Shown here one piece after another: positions 18,556 through 30,323 of a DNA stretch of 64,000 nucleotides. Made by a program: the position numbers and the translations under genes. The notes below the pieces were generated by a model. It did no database searches. It was not told the origin of the DNA and worked only from the letters and a program-made list of their open reading frames with translations. Position 1 is the stretch's first letter, and every line of letters starts with the position of its first letter. Source of the DNA: an uncultured Verrucomicrobiae bacterium (GTDB lineage: Bacteria > Verrucomicrobiota > Verrucomicrobiia > Chthoniobacterales > JAFAMB01); contig CAWEXO010000013.1 in assembly GCA_963813025.1 (NCBI GenBank), forward strand, positions 64,001-128,000, written 5' to 3'.

Positions 18556-21441
18556 ATGTCGAAGACTGCTGTCGTTGGATCGGGGGATTCTCTAAGGCTC
18601 GCATCTTTCGCCAATCGTCACATCGGGCCAAACCTGGTTGAGCGCCAAAATATGCTGAGTGAACTCGGCCTCGATTCATTGGACTCGATGATCGAGGCCG
18701 TGCTGCCCGAACAAATCCGTTTGCACCGGGCTTTGGAACTTCCGCCGGCCAAGTCAGAAGACGAAGTCTTGCGGCGCATCAGCTCGCTCGCCGGGCTGAA
18801 TCAGGTCGCTAAATCCTACATTGGCCAGGGTTACTACGGGACAGTCACTCCTCCGGTCATTCAGCGCGGCGTTCTGGAGAACCCCGGGTGGTACACTGCG
18901 TACACGCCTTACCAAGCGGAAATCGCTCAAGGGCGGCTCGAAGCGCTCTTGAATTTCCAGACAATGGTGACTGATCTGAGCGGCCTGGAAATCGCAAACG
19001 CCTCCCTGCTCGATGAGGCAACCGCCGCGGCTGAGGCGATGGCACTCTGTTTCGCGCAACGGATAGACCAGCAGAACCGCCGCATTTTTGTCTCGGAGAG
19101 TTGCCATCCGCAAACGATCGCGGTTATCCAGACGCGGGCAAAACCGTTGAACATCGAGGTAGTCGCCGGGGATCACCGGCACTGGGATTTCAGCCAGCCA
19201 GTATTCGCCGCTCTGCTGCAGTACCCGGCGTCCGAAGGTACGCTCTATAACTATCGCAAATTCGTCGACAAACTTCACGAGGCGGAAGGGCTGGCGATCG
19301 TCGCTGCCGATCTCTTGAGCCTCACGCTGGTTGTTCCTCCAGGAGAATTCGGAGCGGATGTTTGCGTGGGTTCGACCCAGCGCTTCGGTGTTCCGCTCGG
19401 ATTCGGCGGTCCGCATTCCGCGTTCTTCGCGACCCGAGATCGATTCAAGCGACACTTGCCCGGCCGCCTCGTTGGAGTCTCCCGTGACTCAGCAGGCCGA
19501 TACGCCTATCGGCTCGCGCTGCAAACCCGCGAACAGCATATTCGACGCGACAAGGCTACGAGCAATATTTGCACCGCGCAGGTGCTGCTCGCGGTGACGG
19601 CGTCGATGTATGCGGTTTACCATGGTCCAGGCGGTCTCCGCGCCATTGCAGCCGAGATTCACGACAAAACGGAGGCGCTCGCGGAGGGGCTTGTTCGGAC
19701 CGGCTATCGTGTGCTGCCCGGACCACGATTCGATACCTTGCGGATCGATCTTGGCGCGGAACGTTTCCGAATTCTGGAAGAGGCCGGAAAGCTGCTCATC
19801 AATTTCCGCGGATTTGATGACGGAACGATTGGTCTGTCGATCGACGAAACCACGAGCGCTGACGATTTGGCAGATCTTTACGAACTCTTCAACGTCGCAC
19901 CGGACGCTCTCCAGGAAGCACTTCCCCGGCGCGAGTTCGCCGAAGAGTTCGCTCGAGAAAGCCAGTATCTGACTCACCCGGTGTTTAATCGGCATCACAG
20001 TGAGACCGAGTTGATGCGGTACCTGAAACGGTTGGAAAACAAGGATCTTTCCTTGACCACTTCGATGATTCCTCTCGGGTCCTGCACGATGAAGCTCAAC
20101 GCCGCGGCCGAGATGTTGCCGATCACCTGGCCGGAGCTTGCGCAGATTCATCCGTTCGCGCCGTCCTCGCAAGTGCATGGATACTCCCTATTGATTGCGG
20201 AGCTGGAAAGCTGGCTGGCTGAGTTGACCGGCTTTGCGGCGGTAAGTCTTCAACCGAATGCCGGCTCCCAAGGAGAATACGCGGGGCTCCTGGCGATCAA
20301 GGCATATCATCAGAGCCGCGGCGAGGGCGACCGGAGGGTTTGCCTGATTCCAACCTCCGCTCACGGAACAAATCCGGCTTCGGCGGCGATGGCCGGTTTC
20401 CAGGTTGTCCCAGTCAGTTGCGATCAGGAAGGGAACATCGATTTAACGGATTTGGAGCAGAAAGCGACCGGGCACCATCAAGATCTGGCGGCGATCATGG
20501 TGACCTATCCGTCGACCCACGGAGTATTTGAAGAAAGCATCCGGGACGTTTGTGCGATCGTGCATCGGCATGGTGGTCAGGTCTACCTGGACGGGGCCAA
20601 TATGAATGCGCAGCTCGGTTTGTGCCGTCCCGCCGATATCGGCGCAGACATTTGCCATCTCAATCTCCATAAGACCTTCTGTATCCCCCACGGCGGTGGC
20701 GGTCCGGGAGTCGGTCCGGTCGGCGCCAAGGCGCATCTTGCGCCTTTTTTGCCCACTCATCCGTTGTGGGATTTTCAGCGGCCGCAGCGCATCGGACCAG
20801 TGGCGGCCGCCCCCTTTGGCAGCGCCGGGATTCTCAGTATCTCGTGGAGCTACATTAGCTTAATGGGTGGAGAGGGTCTCGTTGAGGCGACCAAGGTGGC
20901 GATTCTCAATGCCAACTATATCGCGAAGCGGCTGGCGCCATACTATCCAGTGCTCTACCGCGGGAAAAATGGATTGGTGGCGCACGAATGCATCATCGAT
21001 TTCCGGCAATTCAAAAAGTCGGCCGGGATCGAAGTAGAGGATGTCGCCAAGCGGCTGATCGATTACGGGTTTCATGCTCCGACGATGTCCTGGCCTGTTC
21101 CCGGAACGCTCATGATCGAGCCGACCGAAAGTGAGTCGAAAGAGGAATTGGACCGGTTCTGTGATGCGATGATGGCGATTTATGGTGAAATCCGCGCAAT
21201 CGCGACCGGCGAAGCCGACCGGCAGGATAACGTTTTGAAAAGAGCGCCGCACACCGCGGAAGAGTTGCTGGCGGAAAGCTGGGATCGCGCTTACTCACGA
21301 GAGAGCGCCGCCTATCCGGCGCCGTGGACCCGAGAGTACAAGTATTGGCCCCCCGTTGGACGGATTGACAATGTGTACGGCGATCGGAATCTCTTCTGCT
21401 CGTGTGTTTCGGTCGAAGGAGCGGCCGAGCTGACTGAATGA
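18556..21441 (+). CDS. gcvP: Glycine dehydrogenase (decarboxylating)
   Basis: [38 protein letters not shown]. Confidence 0.97.
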   Translation: MSKTAVVGSGDSLRLASFANRHIGPNLVERQNMLSELGLDSLDSMIEAVLPEQIRLHRALELPPAKSEDEVLRRISSLAGLNQVAKSYIGQGYYGTVTPPVIQRGVLENPGWYTAYTPYQAEIAQGRLEALLNFQTMVTDLSGLEIANASLLDEATAAAEAMALCFAQRIDQQNRRIFVSESCHPQTIAVIQTRAKPLNIEVVAGDHRHWDFSQPVFAALLQYPASEGTLYNYRKFVDKLHEAEGLAIVAADLLSLTLVVPPGEFGADVCVGSTQRFGVPLGFGGPHSAFFATRDRFKRHLPGRLVGVSRDSAGRYAYRLALQTREQHIRRDKATSNICTAQVLLAVTASMYAVYHGPGGLRAIAAEIHDKTEALAEGLVRTGYRVLPGPRFDTLRIDLGAERFRILEEAGKLLINFRGFDDGTIGLSIDETTSADDLADLYELFNVAPDALQEALPRREFAEEFARESQYLTHPVFNRHHSETELMRYLKRLENKDLSLTTSMIPLGSCTMKLNAAAEMLPITWPELAQIHPFAPSSQVHGYSLLIAELESWLAELTGFAAVSLQPNAGSQGEYAGLLAIKAYHQSRGEGDRRVCLIPTSAHGTNPASAAMAGFQVVPVSCDQEGNIDLTDLEQKATGHHQDLAAIMVTYPSTHGVFEESIRDVCAIVHRHGGQVYLDGANMNAQLGLCRPADIGADICHLNLHKTFCIPHGGGGPGVGPVGAKAHLAPFLPTHPLWDFQRPQRIGPVAAAPFGSAGILSISWSYISLMGGEGLVEATKVAILNANYIAKRLAPYYPVLYRGKNGLVAHECIIDFRQFKKSAGIEVEDVAKRLIDYGFHAPTMSWPVPGTLMIEPTESESKEELDRFCDAMMAIYGEIRAIATGEADRQDNVLKRAPHTAEELLAESWDRAYSRESAAYPAPWTREYKYWPPVGRIDNVYGDRNLFCSCVSVEGAAELTE

Positions 21442-22544
21442 GAATCATCGATCGCTATATTGCCAAGCAGATCCTGACAACCGTGATCTGGGCGATTGGC
21501 GTCCTGAGCATGTTGCTCGTCGTCGGCAACGCAATGCGCGACCTGCTAACCATCTTGGTCAATCGCCAGCTGCCGTTAAGTTACGTTTTCAGTTTTATTG
21601 CTTACGCGTTGCCGTTCTCGATGACTTTCTCGATTCCTTGGGGAGTTTTGGTCTCCATTCTTTTGATCTTCGGCAAGCTTTCTTCCGATAACGAGTTAGT
21701 CGCCCTGCGCGCCAATGGTGTTAGCATCGTGCGAATTTGTTTTCCGGTCTTTGTGATCGCGGTTGCGTTCTTCGGCATTTGTCTTTGGATCAACTTGTAC
21801 CTGTCGCCGGAATCCCAGGTTAAGCTAAAACAAGCCATCTTCAATCTGGCTTCGGAAGATCCGCTTGCTCTGTTCGGCAGCGACCAGGTAATCGACGATT
21901 TTCCTAACCGGAAAATCTATGTTGGAAAAAAGGAAGGCTCCGCGCTCAAAGATCTGCACATCTATGAACTGAATGGCTACCAAGTGCCAATCAGAGTGAT
22001 CTATGCCCGAAAGGGAACGCTCGAAGTTGACAAAGAAAACGAACGCATCCTGCTGCGGATCTTCGATGCCCGTTACGAGGAGCGGGATGAGCGTGATCCG
22101 GATAACCTGAAAAAAATGCGCTATGGGATCACGATGCGAGAGGGTGTCCTCCCAATTTCGCTGAATGATCTCATTTCAAAGGCGTCCAACAACCAGCGGC
22201 CCAACCTGCTGACGCTGGATCAACTGCGCGATGCCCTGGAACAGCAGACGGGCCGCATCGCCAGCGCGTATCGCACGGAGGTCAGTAAACGGTTCTCTAA
22301 CGCCATGGCTGTGCTGACGTTTGTCCTAGTCGGTATTCCGTTAGCGATCACCGCTCAGCGGCGCGAGACCAGTGTTGGGCTTGCCTTGAGTCTGGTCGTG
22401 GCTTTTACCTACTTTATTTTTATCGTGATCACCGACAACGTGAAAAACAATCCGCACCTTCATCCGGAGTTACTGATCTGGCTGCCCAACCTGCTCTATC
22501 TAACCCTCGGCACGACATTGTTTACTCGGCTGGCCAGGAGGTGA
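21438..22544 (+). CDS. LptF/LptG family permease
   Basis: IIDRYI start, [16 protein letters not shown], 3+3 TM layout, WLPN motif. Confidence 0.88.
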   Translation: MRIIDRYIAKQILTTVIWAIGVLSMLLVVGNAMRDLLTILVNRQLPLSYVFSFIAYALPFSMTFSIPWGVLVSILLIFGKLSSDNELVALRANGVSIVRICFPVFVIAVAFFGICLWINLYLSPESQVKLKQAIFNLASEDPLALFGSDQVIDDFPNRKIYVGKKEGSALKDLHIYELNGYQVPIRVIYARKGTLEVDKENERILLRIFDARYEERDERDPDNLKKMRYGITMREGVLPISLNDLISKASNNQRPNLLTLDQLRDALEQQTGRIASAYRTEVSKRFSNAMAVLTFVLVGIPLAITAQRRETSVGLALSLVVAFTYFIFIVITDNVKNNPHLHPELLIWLPNLLYLTLGTTLFTRLARR

Positions 22545-22547
22545 GGA

Positions 22548-22868
22548 GTGTCAGTGCTGGTGTCAGTGTCGGTGCCTCCCGCGCAGAGCAAGCGATCGAC
22601 CGCCAGGGTTGGGACATTTGTCTCGCAATATAGTCAGCCCTGTGTCGGTGCACGAAAAATCAGTGCCCGGCTCAAACAAGTTCTCGCTAAAGCGCAAATA
22701 AATTCTCGCCCTACCGGCACAGAACCAGAGACAGGTTGCGAGACAATCTCCGAATTGTCGCTACTGGCGCGAGACGAGAGGCTACCTTGTCAGGCAGTCC
22801 CTAAATTGTCGACACGTCGATCGTTTGCTGCACGCCGCTAACACTGACACTAGCACTAACACTGACAC
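22548..22868. repeat. 6-nt periodic inverted repeats enclosing a GTAG-type REP copy
   Basis: (GTGTCA)n-like at 22548-22574, (ACACTG)n-like at 22837-22868, REP copy at 22667-22718. Confidence 0.75.
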
Positions 22869-22870
22869 CC

Positions 22871-23827
22871 CTACCCCTTCGTTGCGCCACTGGTGAGTCC
22901 TCCCCGCCAATATCTTCCCAGGAAGACAAACGCCAGTAACAACGGCAACACACTGATAAGCGAACCCAGCGCGATAAGGCTGTAAACGGGCCGGCTGCCC
23001 GCCATCGCGCTCGTGCTATTCCAAACATTTAACCCCAAAGTCAACGGGTACAGATCTTCCCGGCTTAACACAATCAACGGCAAGAAGAAATTGTTCCAGG
23101 CACCCACAAAGGCTAACAACGCCACCGTCACCAAGCCGGTCTGTAACAAAGGTAGACCGATCCGCCAGAAAACCTGAAATTCTCCTGCGCCTTCCAAGCG
23201 AGACGCTTCGATTAACTCTTTCGGTAACGATGAATCCCAAAAGACCTTCATTAGATACAAACCAAAAGGGTTCACCAAGCTCGGCAGAATCACGCCCCAC
23301 ATCGTGTTTACCAACCCGATTCGGTTTAGCATCAGGAACAATGGCAGAACCAGCGCGGTCGACGGCACCATGATGGTCCCGAGAATAAAGTTGAATAGAA
23401 AGTTTTTGCCCGGGAACTCGTACTTCGAAAACGCGTATCCGCCTAACGCGCAAATCATTGTGCTGCCGGCGGAGATCGAGGTCGCGTACAACAAGGAGTT
23501 GCCAAACCAGCGAACGAAGATGCCGTCCCGATAGCTAAACAAGCCGACCAGGTTTTCCAGGAAATGGGGTGGATAGGCGAACCAAAATCCAAAACTCGAA
23601 AAAAGCTGCTCGTTGTTCTTGGTGACCGCGGTAAAAACCCACAGGGCCGGCAACAAACAGTAGATAACGAATAATCCGAGAACGATGCCACGCATCGCCG
23701 CACCGGCGGCCGATTCGCCGCTCGGTTCGCCGGGGGTTCCAGTCGACCTTCCGCGGGCGGCTGGCACTTCGGGAACCGTCGCTTGCGTTTTCGCGATCGG
23801 TTCCGGGCCGGCAGTACTCGAATCCAT
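22871..23827 (-). CDS. Carbohydrate ABC transporter permease
   Basis: EAA loop [19 protein letters not shown]. Confidence 0.9.
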   Translation of the reverse strand: MDSSTAGPEPIAKTQATVPEVPAARGRSTGTPGEPSGESAAGAAMRGIVLGLFVIYCLLPALWVFTAVTKNNEQLFSSFGFWFAYPPHFLENLVGLFSYRDGIFVRWFGNSLLYATSISAGSTMICALGGYAFSKYEFPGKNFLFNFILGTIMVPSTALVLPLFLMLNRIGLVNTMWGVILPSLVNPFGLYLMKVFWDSSLPKELIEASRLEGAGEFQVFWRIGLPLLQTGLVTVALLAFVGAWNNFFLPLIVLSREDLYPLTLGLNVWNSTSAMAGSRPVYSLIALGSLISVLPLLLAFVFLGRYWRGGLTSGATKG

Positions 23828-23833
23828 ATTTTC

Positions 23834-24709
23834 CTAACGCTGGCTTAAACGGCGCAGGAACGCTCCACTCAAAATGAAGATCAAGAGCGCCAACAAAATC
23901 GCAAGCGCGGCGGCGTACGCGTAGTTGGCGTCCCGGGCAGCCGTTAAATAAATGTACAGATTCGGCGTAATATTATCCGCGACGTAACCGAGCGGCCGTA
24001 ACACAAACGCTTCGGTGAACAGTTGCGAGGTCCCGATGACCGAGAAAATGATCAATAACTGGATGGTCGGCCAGAGCAACGGAATCTTAATGCTGCGCAC
24101 GATGTCCCACATGCTGGCGCCATCCACTCGAGCCGCTTCGTACAACTCTCTTGGGATGCTTTGTAACGCAGCGAACAGGGTCACCATGTTGTAACCCGTG
24201 TAAGTCCAGGTTACGATGTTTCCAACGGAGAACAGGATCAGTCCCGGTGACAAAAAATCGACCGAGGACTGTCGTGCCGCGTGCAGCGCCTGGTTGATCG
24301 GCGACAGATTGGGAGAATAGAGATAACCCCAGATTAACGCCCCAATCGCGGTCGGAATGCCGTACGGCATGAAGAAAATCGTCCGGCAGAATTTCATGAA
24401 AACGCCCCGGGATTGGTCCAACAGCAGCGCGAGCACGATCGCGAAGCCCAGCATCAGCGGGATCTGGACCAACCCGAACTGGAACATGTTGCTCAGTCCA
24501 TGCAGAAAATCGCCGTCTTGAAATGCCCGAAGATAGTTCGTTGCTCCGCCAAAGACCTGTTTGGCCGGCCCGAGACCAACCCGTCTCCGGACAAAGAGAC
24601 TCAGGTAAACGGCGTATAAAACCGGTGCCAGATAAAACGCCAAAAATACAAATAGAAAAGGCGCCAGGAAAAGATAAGCCGCTCTCCGTTCCCGGCGCAT
24701 AGAGTTCAC
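23834..24709 (-). CDS. Carbohydrate ABC transporter permease
   Basis: [15 protein letters not shown] loop. Confidence 0.9.
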   Translation of the reverse strand: MNSMRRERRAAYLFLAPFLFVFLAFYLAPVLYAVYLSLFVRRRVGLGPAKQVFGGATNYLRAFQDGDFLHGLSNMFQFGLVQIPLMLGFAIVLALLLDQSRGVFMKFCRTIFFMPYGIPTAIGALIWGYLYSPNLSPINQALHAARQSSVDFLSPGLILFSVGNIVTWTYTGYNMVTLFAALQSIPRELYEAARVDGASMWDIVRSIKIPLLWPTIQLLIIFSVIGTSQLFTEAFVLRPLGYVADNITPNLYIYLTAARDANYAYAAALAILLALLIFILSGAFLRRLSQR

Positions 24710-24716
24710 TGCGTCG

Positions 24717-26117
24717 CTACTGCCCTTTCACTTCAAAGCCGCTGGCGGCCGCGTTTTTCAATGATTCGTTTTGCCAGGCGTCCAACGCTTGTTTCACGGG
24801 CGCTTTCCCGCTGAACAAAGCTTCAATTTGTTTGTTGAAGTTATCGTTTACAAACGCGAACCAAGGCGACCACGCAAAATTGACATCGACCGCTTTCGAA
24901 GCCTGCGCGAACACGTCTGCCACGTTCTGGCCCCCGCAGAATTTGGAAGGATTTTTGTCTGGCTGATTCAGCTTCGGCGACGTTAAGCCTGCAATGGAGG
25001 CCGGGAAAATTGCGTAATTGTTCCAGTTCGCGATCACCGCGGCCTCAGAGGTGTTGAGCCAGATTGCAAACAACGTCGCCGCTTTCGGATGTTTTGATTG
25101 TTTGGTGACCACGTTGCAGCTACCACCCCAGTTGCCACTGCGAATCTCGCCTTTGCTCCATTGCGGGAGTGGCGCGACTCGCCATTCACCGGAGGTCCGA
25201 TCGTTCAAAGAAGCCGCCGTCACTCCCGGACCCCAGGCCGCTTCGATTGAAGCCGCGATTTCACCGGCGCCGACCGCATTATAAAATTCGGCGGTGAACC
25301 CGGGGATCGCGGCGACATATTTCTTTTTCACCAAACCGTCCCAGTACGTCAGGACTTTTTCGGCTACGGGGCTGTTCAACGTTTGAATCCAAGAGTCGCC
25401 CTGGGGTTTAAAGAACTTGCCGCCGGCGGCCCAAACCAACCCCATGTACCAGGGAGCGCTGGTCGTATAAAAGTTCGCCATCTTGGCTTTTCCGTTGGTG
25501 GCCTGGGAGAGCTTCTCAGCTTGTGCGGCAAACTCGTCCCACGTCGTTGGCACGGTGATTCCGTACTGATCAAAGATCCTTTTGTTATAGAGCAAGGCCA
25601 ACGGACCGCTGTCTTGCGGAATACCGTAGACCGCTTGACCGTCCGGCGAAACCTGTGCCCAGGTCCAGGGAACAAAGTACGATTTGACGTCGTTTGCGCC
25701 ATTTTTCGACAGATCGAGTAGCCCGTCTGTCACAATGAACGACGGCAGAAAATCGTACTCGATCTGTGCGACGTCCGGTGCACCGGAGCCCGCGCGCAAT
25801 GCGGTCTGCAGCTTTTGGTACTCAGCCGGGCCGCCCCCGATGTTGTTCACGTGTACCTTTATGTTTGGGTACACCTTCTCAAACATCGGCGCGACCTTAT
25901 CCAGGCCACCGACCCACGACCAGAGTTCCAGTGTAATCTGACCCTCTTCCGGTTTGAATTTGCTGAAGTCCGGTTCCTTGAAATCCTGGGCGCGTGCCGG
26001 CAACAACGTAAGCGCAAAACCCGAACAGATTGCTGTTAGCCACAGTCGGCGAGTTGCGCTGCTCTTGCCGCGCCAGGGGAGACTAAGAAGTCTAAAAGAT
26101 CGAATTAGGTTGTACAT
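24717..26117 (-). CDS. Carbohydrate ABC transporter substrate-binding protein
   Basis: Signal peptide, [18 protein letters not shown]. Confidence 0.88.
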   Translation of the reverse strand: MYNLIRSFRLLSLPWRGKSSATRRLWLTAICSGFALTLLPARAQDFKEPDFSKFKPEEGQITLELWSWVGGLDKVAPMFEKVYPNIKVHVNNIGGGPAEYQKLQTALRAGSGAPDVAQIEYDFLPSFIVTDGLLDLSKNGANDVKSYFVPWTWAQVSPDGQAVYGIPQDSGPLALLYNKRIFDQYGITVPTTWDEFAAQAEKLSQATNGKAKMANFYTTSAPWYMGLVWAAGGKFFKPQGDSWIQTLNSPVAEKVLTYWDGLVKKKYVAAIPGFTAEFYNAVGAGEIAASIEAAWGPGVTAASLNDRTSGEWRVAPLPQWSKGEIRSGNWGGSCNVVTKQSKHPKAATLFAIWLNTSEAAVIANWNNYAIFPASIAGLTSPKLNQPDKNPSKFCGGQNVADVFAQASKAVDVNFAWSPWFAFVNDNFNKQIEALFSGKAPVKQALDAWQNESLKNAAASGFEVKGQ

Positions 26118-26258
26118 AGGGGGGAGAAGAAGCCGCCCTCGGCGGCCCTCAGTCTCTGGTAGGTCACGGCGTGAGGCGAGGCAAGCAAAAAACCGGTTTC
26201 CCTACCAGCGGCCGATGAGCTTTTCGGCGATTGATCATTGGCCATCGGTCATCGGCCA

Positions 26259-27317
26259 TCAGTCGGCTACCGGTTGTTGCTGGGTGAGACAGTGAAACGC
26301 ACCAAGCCCCCAGACGAGGGCACGCGCATCGATCGGTACAATCTCCCGCTGGGGAAAGCAGGACGCCATAGTTTCGATCGCTTTCTCGTCCTCCGCAGCA
26401 GCGAATGTTGGTAGCAGAACTACTTTGTTGCCGATATAAAAGTTGGCGTAGCTCGCCGGCAGACGCCGACCTTCCCGGACTTGGCGAGGCGGCATGGGCA
26501 GGCTAATGATCCGCAAGGGCGTCCCGTCTTCAAGTGTCATCGCGGAGAGCAACTCCAGATTTTGTTTGAGCGGAAAACGGTTGGGATCGTCTTTGTCTGA
26601 CTCCGACGCTGTCACTACGGTAGTGCGGTCAACGAAACGGGTAATATCATCGATGTGCCCGTCGGTATCGTCACCCTCGATCCCGTTGCCCAGCCAGAGG
26701 AAGTTTTTCGCTCCGAGGAAGTTGGCGAGCGTCTGTTCGATATCATCCTTGGTTTTTCCGGGATTGCGATTCGGATTGAGGAGACAGGACGCGGTGGTCA
26801 GCAGAGTGCCGGCGCCGTTGACTTCAATGGAGCCGCCTTCCATCACAATGCCCGGATAAAAACAGGGAAGGGAGAGCGCCTCTGCGATCCTGGTGGGCAC
26901 GATCTCATCGAGATCGAACGGTGGATACTTGCCGCCCCAGGCGTTGTAATTCCAGTCGATGATCGCCAGTCTTGGCTCTTTTCTTCGCCGGATGAACATC
27001 GGTCCGTGATCCCGGCACCAAGGCTCATTGGTAGGGATATGGAAAAATTCTACGTGCGCGGCATCGATCTCCGCCAGCGCGTTCCGGATATGCGCCTCTT
27101 CGTCCCCGTCCTGCACGTTAATCCTGACCTTCTCGGATCCGGACAATGCGTCAATCATTTGGACAAAAACGGGAATCACCTCGTGATACGCGCCGGGGAA
27201 GCTGATGCCGGTTTCGTGGGGCCAGGAGAGCCAGACGGCCTCGTGCGGTTCCCATTCCGCCGGCATACGGTAGCCCTCGGCGGCAGGAGTATTGGCGTCG
27301 AATGAGTGTTTTTGCAT
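26259..27317 (-). CDS. aguA: Agmatine deiminase family protein
   Basis: MPAEWEPH, WCRDHGP, EGGS, DTDGHID, GAFHCLTQQ. Confidence 0.9.
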   Translation of the reverse strand: MQKHSFDANTPAAEGYRMPAEWEPHEAVWLSWPHETGISFPGAYHEVIPVFVQMIDALSGSEKVRINVQDGDEEAHIRNALAEIDAAHVEFFHIPTNEPWCRDHGPMFIRRRKEPRLAIIDWNYNAWGGKYPPFDLDEIVPTRIAEALSLPCFYPGIVMEGGSIEVNGAGTLLTTASCLLNPNRNPGKTKDDIEQTLANFLGAKNFLWLGNGIEGDDTDGHIDDITRFVDRTTVVTASESDKDDPNRFPLKQNLELLSAMTLEDGTPLRIISLPMPPRQVREGRRLPASYANFYIGNKVVLLPTFAAAEDEKAIETMASCFPQREIVPIDARALVWGLGAFHCLTQQQPVAD

Positions 27318-27354
27318 GAACTCGTTCAGCCTCGAAGCACGGGAGAACCCGTTA

Positions 27355-28227
27355 CTAATCCAGGTAGCGCTTCGTCAGATTCTCGTAGGCGTCAATCCGA
27401 CGATCGCGCAGGAAAGGCCAATGGGTTCGCTGCCGGTCGAGCACTGTGAGATCCACCTCGACCAGCAGCACCTCATCGCGATCACTATTCGCCTTTCCGA
27501 GAAGCGCTCCGGCTGGGTCGCTGACAAAGCTTCGTCCCCAGAATTCAATTCCCGGGCCGCCATCGGGCGCTTCGTGACCCACTCGGTTAGGCGCGGCAAC
27601 AAAACATCCGTTGGCAATGCCATGGCTCCGTTGGATTAGCTCCCAGGAAGTGTATTGACGTTCGCCAAACTCGCCCTTCTCGGACGGGTGCCAGCCTATC
27701 GCCGTTGGGTAAAACAAAATCTGGGCGCCCGACAGTGCGGTCAAGCGGGCGGCTTCCGGATACCACTGGTCCCAGCAAACCAAAATTCCGAGCCGGGCAT
27801 AGCGTGTTTTCCAGGTGCGGAAGCCAAGGTCGCCGGGAGTGAAATAGAACTTCTCGTAAAATAGCGGGTCATCGGGAATATGCATTTTGCGGTACTTGCC
27901 GAGGTAAGTGCCGTCTGCATCGAGGACCGCTGCCGTATTGTGGTACAGACCGGGCGCCCGACGCTCAAACAGGGAAGCTACAATGACAACACTGAGTTCG
28001 GCGGCCACTTTCGCAATTCGATTGGTGGTCGGGCCGGGGATCTCCTCAGCAAATTCGAAGTATTTGTGGTCCTCAACCTGGCAGAAGTACTGGGTGGCGA
28101 ATAACTCCGGCAGACAGACGATTTGCGCTCCGCCCGTGGCGGCCTGCCGGATCATTGATTCGGCTTTTTCAACGTTCTCCTTCGGGTGAGCCGAACAGCT
28201 CATCTGCACCAGCCCGATTATCGGCAT
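27355..28227 (-). CDS. aguB: Carbon-nitrogen hydrolase, N-carbamoylputrescine amidase-like
   Basis: LPELF, YRKMHIPDDP, CWDQWYPE; adjacent to agmatine deiminase. Confidence 0.88.
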   Translation of the reverse strand: MPIIGLVQMSCSAHPKENVEKAESMIRQAATGGAQIVCLPELFATQYFCQVEDHKYFEFAEEIPGPTTNRIAKVAAELSVVIVASLFERRAPGLYHNTAAVLDADGTYLGKYRKMHIPDDPLFYEKFYFTPGDLGFRTWKTRYARLGILVCWDQWYPEAARLTALSGAQILFYPTAIGWHPSEKGEFGERQYTSWELIQRSHGIANGCFVAAPNRVGHEAPDGGPGIEFWGRSFVSDPAGALLGKANSDRDEVLLVEVDLTVLDRQRTHWPFLRDRRIDAYENLTKRYLD

Positions 28228-28372
28228 GAGACCTAGTAGCATAAGCGCGACGAAGGACAACGAGACACTCGGATATCAGCTGTCTCTCGGATTTTGCGAA
28301 GTCTGGAGCGCACGCATCGAGTGATCGGTGAGACAAGAATTGAAAGCCGTCCCACAACATTCTTCGCCCTGT

Positions 28373-28657
28373 GCCGGTAGGGCGAAAATTTATTCGAGCT
28401 CTTGGCGAGAACTTGTTTGAGCCGGACGCTGGAGTTGCCACATCCAAGGCGGCTTCTCCTTCGCTAAGGGGATCGGGCGCATTCCACGACATGCAGTGAA
28501 ATGGCGGAATCTTCGTGGCAGAATCTGGATAATGAACGATGTTGGAAAACAATGTCGTTTCTGAGCCTTGGGCAGAGACTTGTTCGATCTTTCTGGAACA
28601 TTGCTGACCCAACGCCCGGCTCAAACAAGTTCTCGCTAAGGCTCGAATGAATTTTCG
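28373..28657. repeat. Inverted pair of GTAG-type REP-like repeats; right copy interrupted by IS110
   Basis: 28373-28425 is the reverse complement of the unit at 18328-18378 and 22667-22718; the right copy 28616-28657 stops at ATTTTCG and resumes as CCCTACCGGC at 30356. Confidence 0.88.
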
Positions 28658-28796
28658 TATAGCAAGTCCGTATAGCAAGTCCGGAGTTATTCAGCAAGCT
28701 GTGGTCGGAGGCCCTACCGGTCGGAGCTCCAGCTTGTGAATAACTCCGCCCGGAGAAAAGAAAGCTTTGGAAAAAAGAAAGGGTTTTCTTTGCCAA

Positions 28797-28997
28797 GGGC
28801 AGTCGGGCAAAATCCCGCGCTGCCCACGCGAAGAAGGACGCGCCGGCTGGCTACGAATAGGATTTTCGGGTCCGCGAGATCTTTAGGGCAGAGTTTCGAG
28901 CCAGCCGGTCGCGCTTTGATTCGTCACAACGAATACTCTAGTTGAGGTCGAGCACTTCACACTTCGACGACTTAACTATACGGATTTCGGACGGCCA
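28797..28997 (+). ncRNA. Predicted bridge RNA of IS110 element 1 (ends approximate)
   Basis: Stem 28843-28852/28899-28908 encloses ATTTTCG (left target) and TAGGGCA (reverse complement of right junction); a second loop has ATACT and CTATACG matching the element ends. Confidence 0.75.
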
Positions 28998-29048
28998 AAG
29001 CCAAGCGGCTTTTTTCGCGCTGGGTAAAACCAGAAAAAAGGAGCAAGC

Positions 29049-30323
29049 ATGAACCGATCAAATCCGTTTCCGGTCCCAGATCCCCATTATATGGTCAGCG
29101 TGGGAATCGATTGGGCTGATAAAGAACACGCTGTCTGTCAACGCTCTGGTCCGGAGGGAGGATGCCGGACATTCCAGCTGGGCGCCGATCCCGTTTCGGT
29201 TCGGACCTGGCTCGAAGAGCTCAAAAGCTTGGCTGGTCCGCAGGGGCGGGTGGCCATTGGTTTTGAACAAAATCGGGGAGCACTCTTTGAAATGCTCCGC
29301 ACCCAGGGAGACTGGATCGACCTCTATCCGCTCAATCCTTTGAGTTTAAGCGAATACCGCAAGGTCTTCTTTACTAGTGGCGCCAAGGATGACCCTCGCG
29401 ACAGCCAATTGATCGAAGAGCTCGTTGATCACCATCGGGATCGGCTCCGGCTTTATCAACCCCCGGAGCCGGTAGTGCGGGAACTGGATTTGCTCGGTCA
29501 GCACCGACGCAAAGCCGTCGAGGCCTCCGTGGTGTGCGAAAACCAACTCACCAGCTTACTCAAAGTCTACTATCCGCTGGCCCTCGAGCTCCTCGATGAT
29601 TTGGGCACCACTCTGGCGCTGCATTTTTTGAAACGCTGGCCGACCCTGCAGAGTTTAAAAAAAGCCAAGCCCCAGACCCTGCGCTCTTTTTTTTATCAGC
29701 ACCACAGCCGCAGCCAGAGCTTGATCGAGGAGCGCTTGGAAAAGATTGCTCGGGCCCAAACCGTCACCGAGGATCGTTCTCTGCTGGAGCCCTCCGTGCT
29801 GAGTTGCAAGTGTTTGGTCAGTCAATTGTTGCCGCTGCGAGATTCCATCAAGGCTTTTGACAAAGCCATCCACACTCTGTTTGCCAAACATCCCGATCGG
29901 CACATTTTTGAAAGTCTGCCCGGAGCCGGCCCGCAATTAGCCCCGCGCTTGTTGGTGGCTTTTGGCTCCAATCGGCAGGCTTTTGCCCAAGCCCTGGAGG
30001 TACAGAAAAAAAGCGGAATCGCTCCGGTCCAAGTGCGCAGCGGCCAAACCAAAAGCGTCCAGCGGCGGCGCTTTCGCTCCAAATTCCTGTGCCAGAGCTT
30101 CCACGAATTCGCGGCTCATTCCATTCCTTATTCCCAATGGGCCAAGCTCTATTATCAAGAGCAAATGGCCCGCGGTAAGTCCCACCACACTGCCGTGCGC
30201 GCCTTGGCCTTTAAATGGATCCGCGTCATCTTCCGGCTCTGGCAGGACCGCACCCCTTATGACGAAGAGCGCTACCTCCAAGTCCTCAAAAAACGCCACT
30301 CACCAATCGGTGAAAAACTTTAA
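29049..30323 (+). CDS. IS110 family transposase/recombinase
   Basis: VGIDWA, GFEQ and AKDDPRDS DEDD RuvC-like motifs; SLPGAG and GIAPVQVRSG with the conserved serine. Confidence 0.95.
   Translation: MNRSNPFPVPDPHYMVSVGIDWADKEHAVCQRSGPEGGCRTFQLGADPVSVRTWLEELKSLAGPQGRVAIGFEQNRGALFEMLRTQGDWIDLYPLNPLSLSEYRKVFFTSGAKDDPRDSQLIEELVDHHRDRLRLYQPPEPVVRELDLLGQHRRKAVEASVVCENQLTSLLKVYYPLALELLDDLGTTLALHFLKRWPTLQSLKKAKPQTLRSFFYQHHSRSQSLIEERLEKIARAQTVTEDRSLLEPSVLSCKCLVSQLLPLRDSIKAFDKAIHTLFAKHPDRHIFESLPGAGPQLAPRLLVAFGSNRQAFAQALEVQKKSGIAPVQVRSGQTKSVQRRRFRSKFLCQSFHEFAAHSIPYSQWAKLYYQEQMARGKSHHTAVRALAFKWIRVIFRLWQDRTPYDEERYLQVLKKRHSPIGEKL

Noticed and set aside
28440..28475. IQGGFSFAK peptide between the REP pair, resembling a RAYT transposase motif
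   Set aside because: Too short, no HUH motif or supporting ORF, and similar text occurs in a repeat near 49060.
18328..28657. Recurring ~50-bp repeat as a CRISPR array
   Set aside because: Copies are dispersed over kilobases, in both orientations, without regular spacers or cas genes; REP-like instead.
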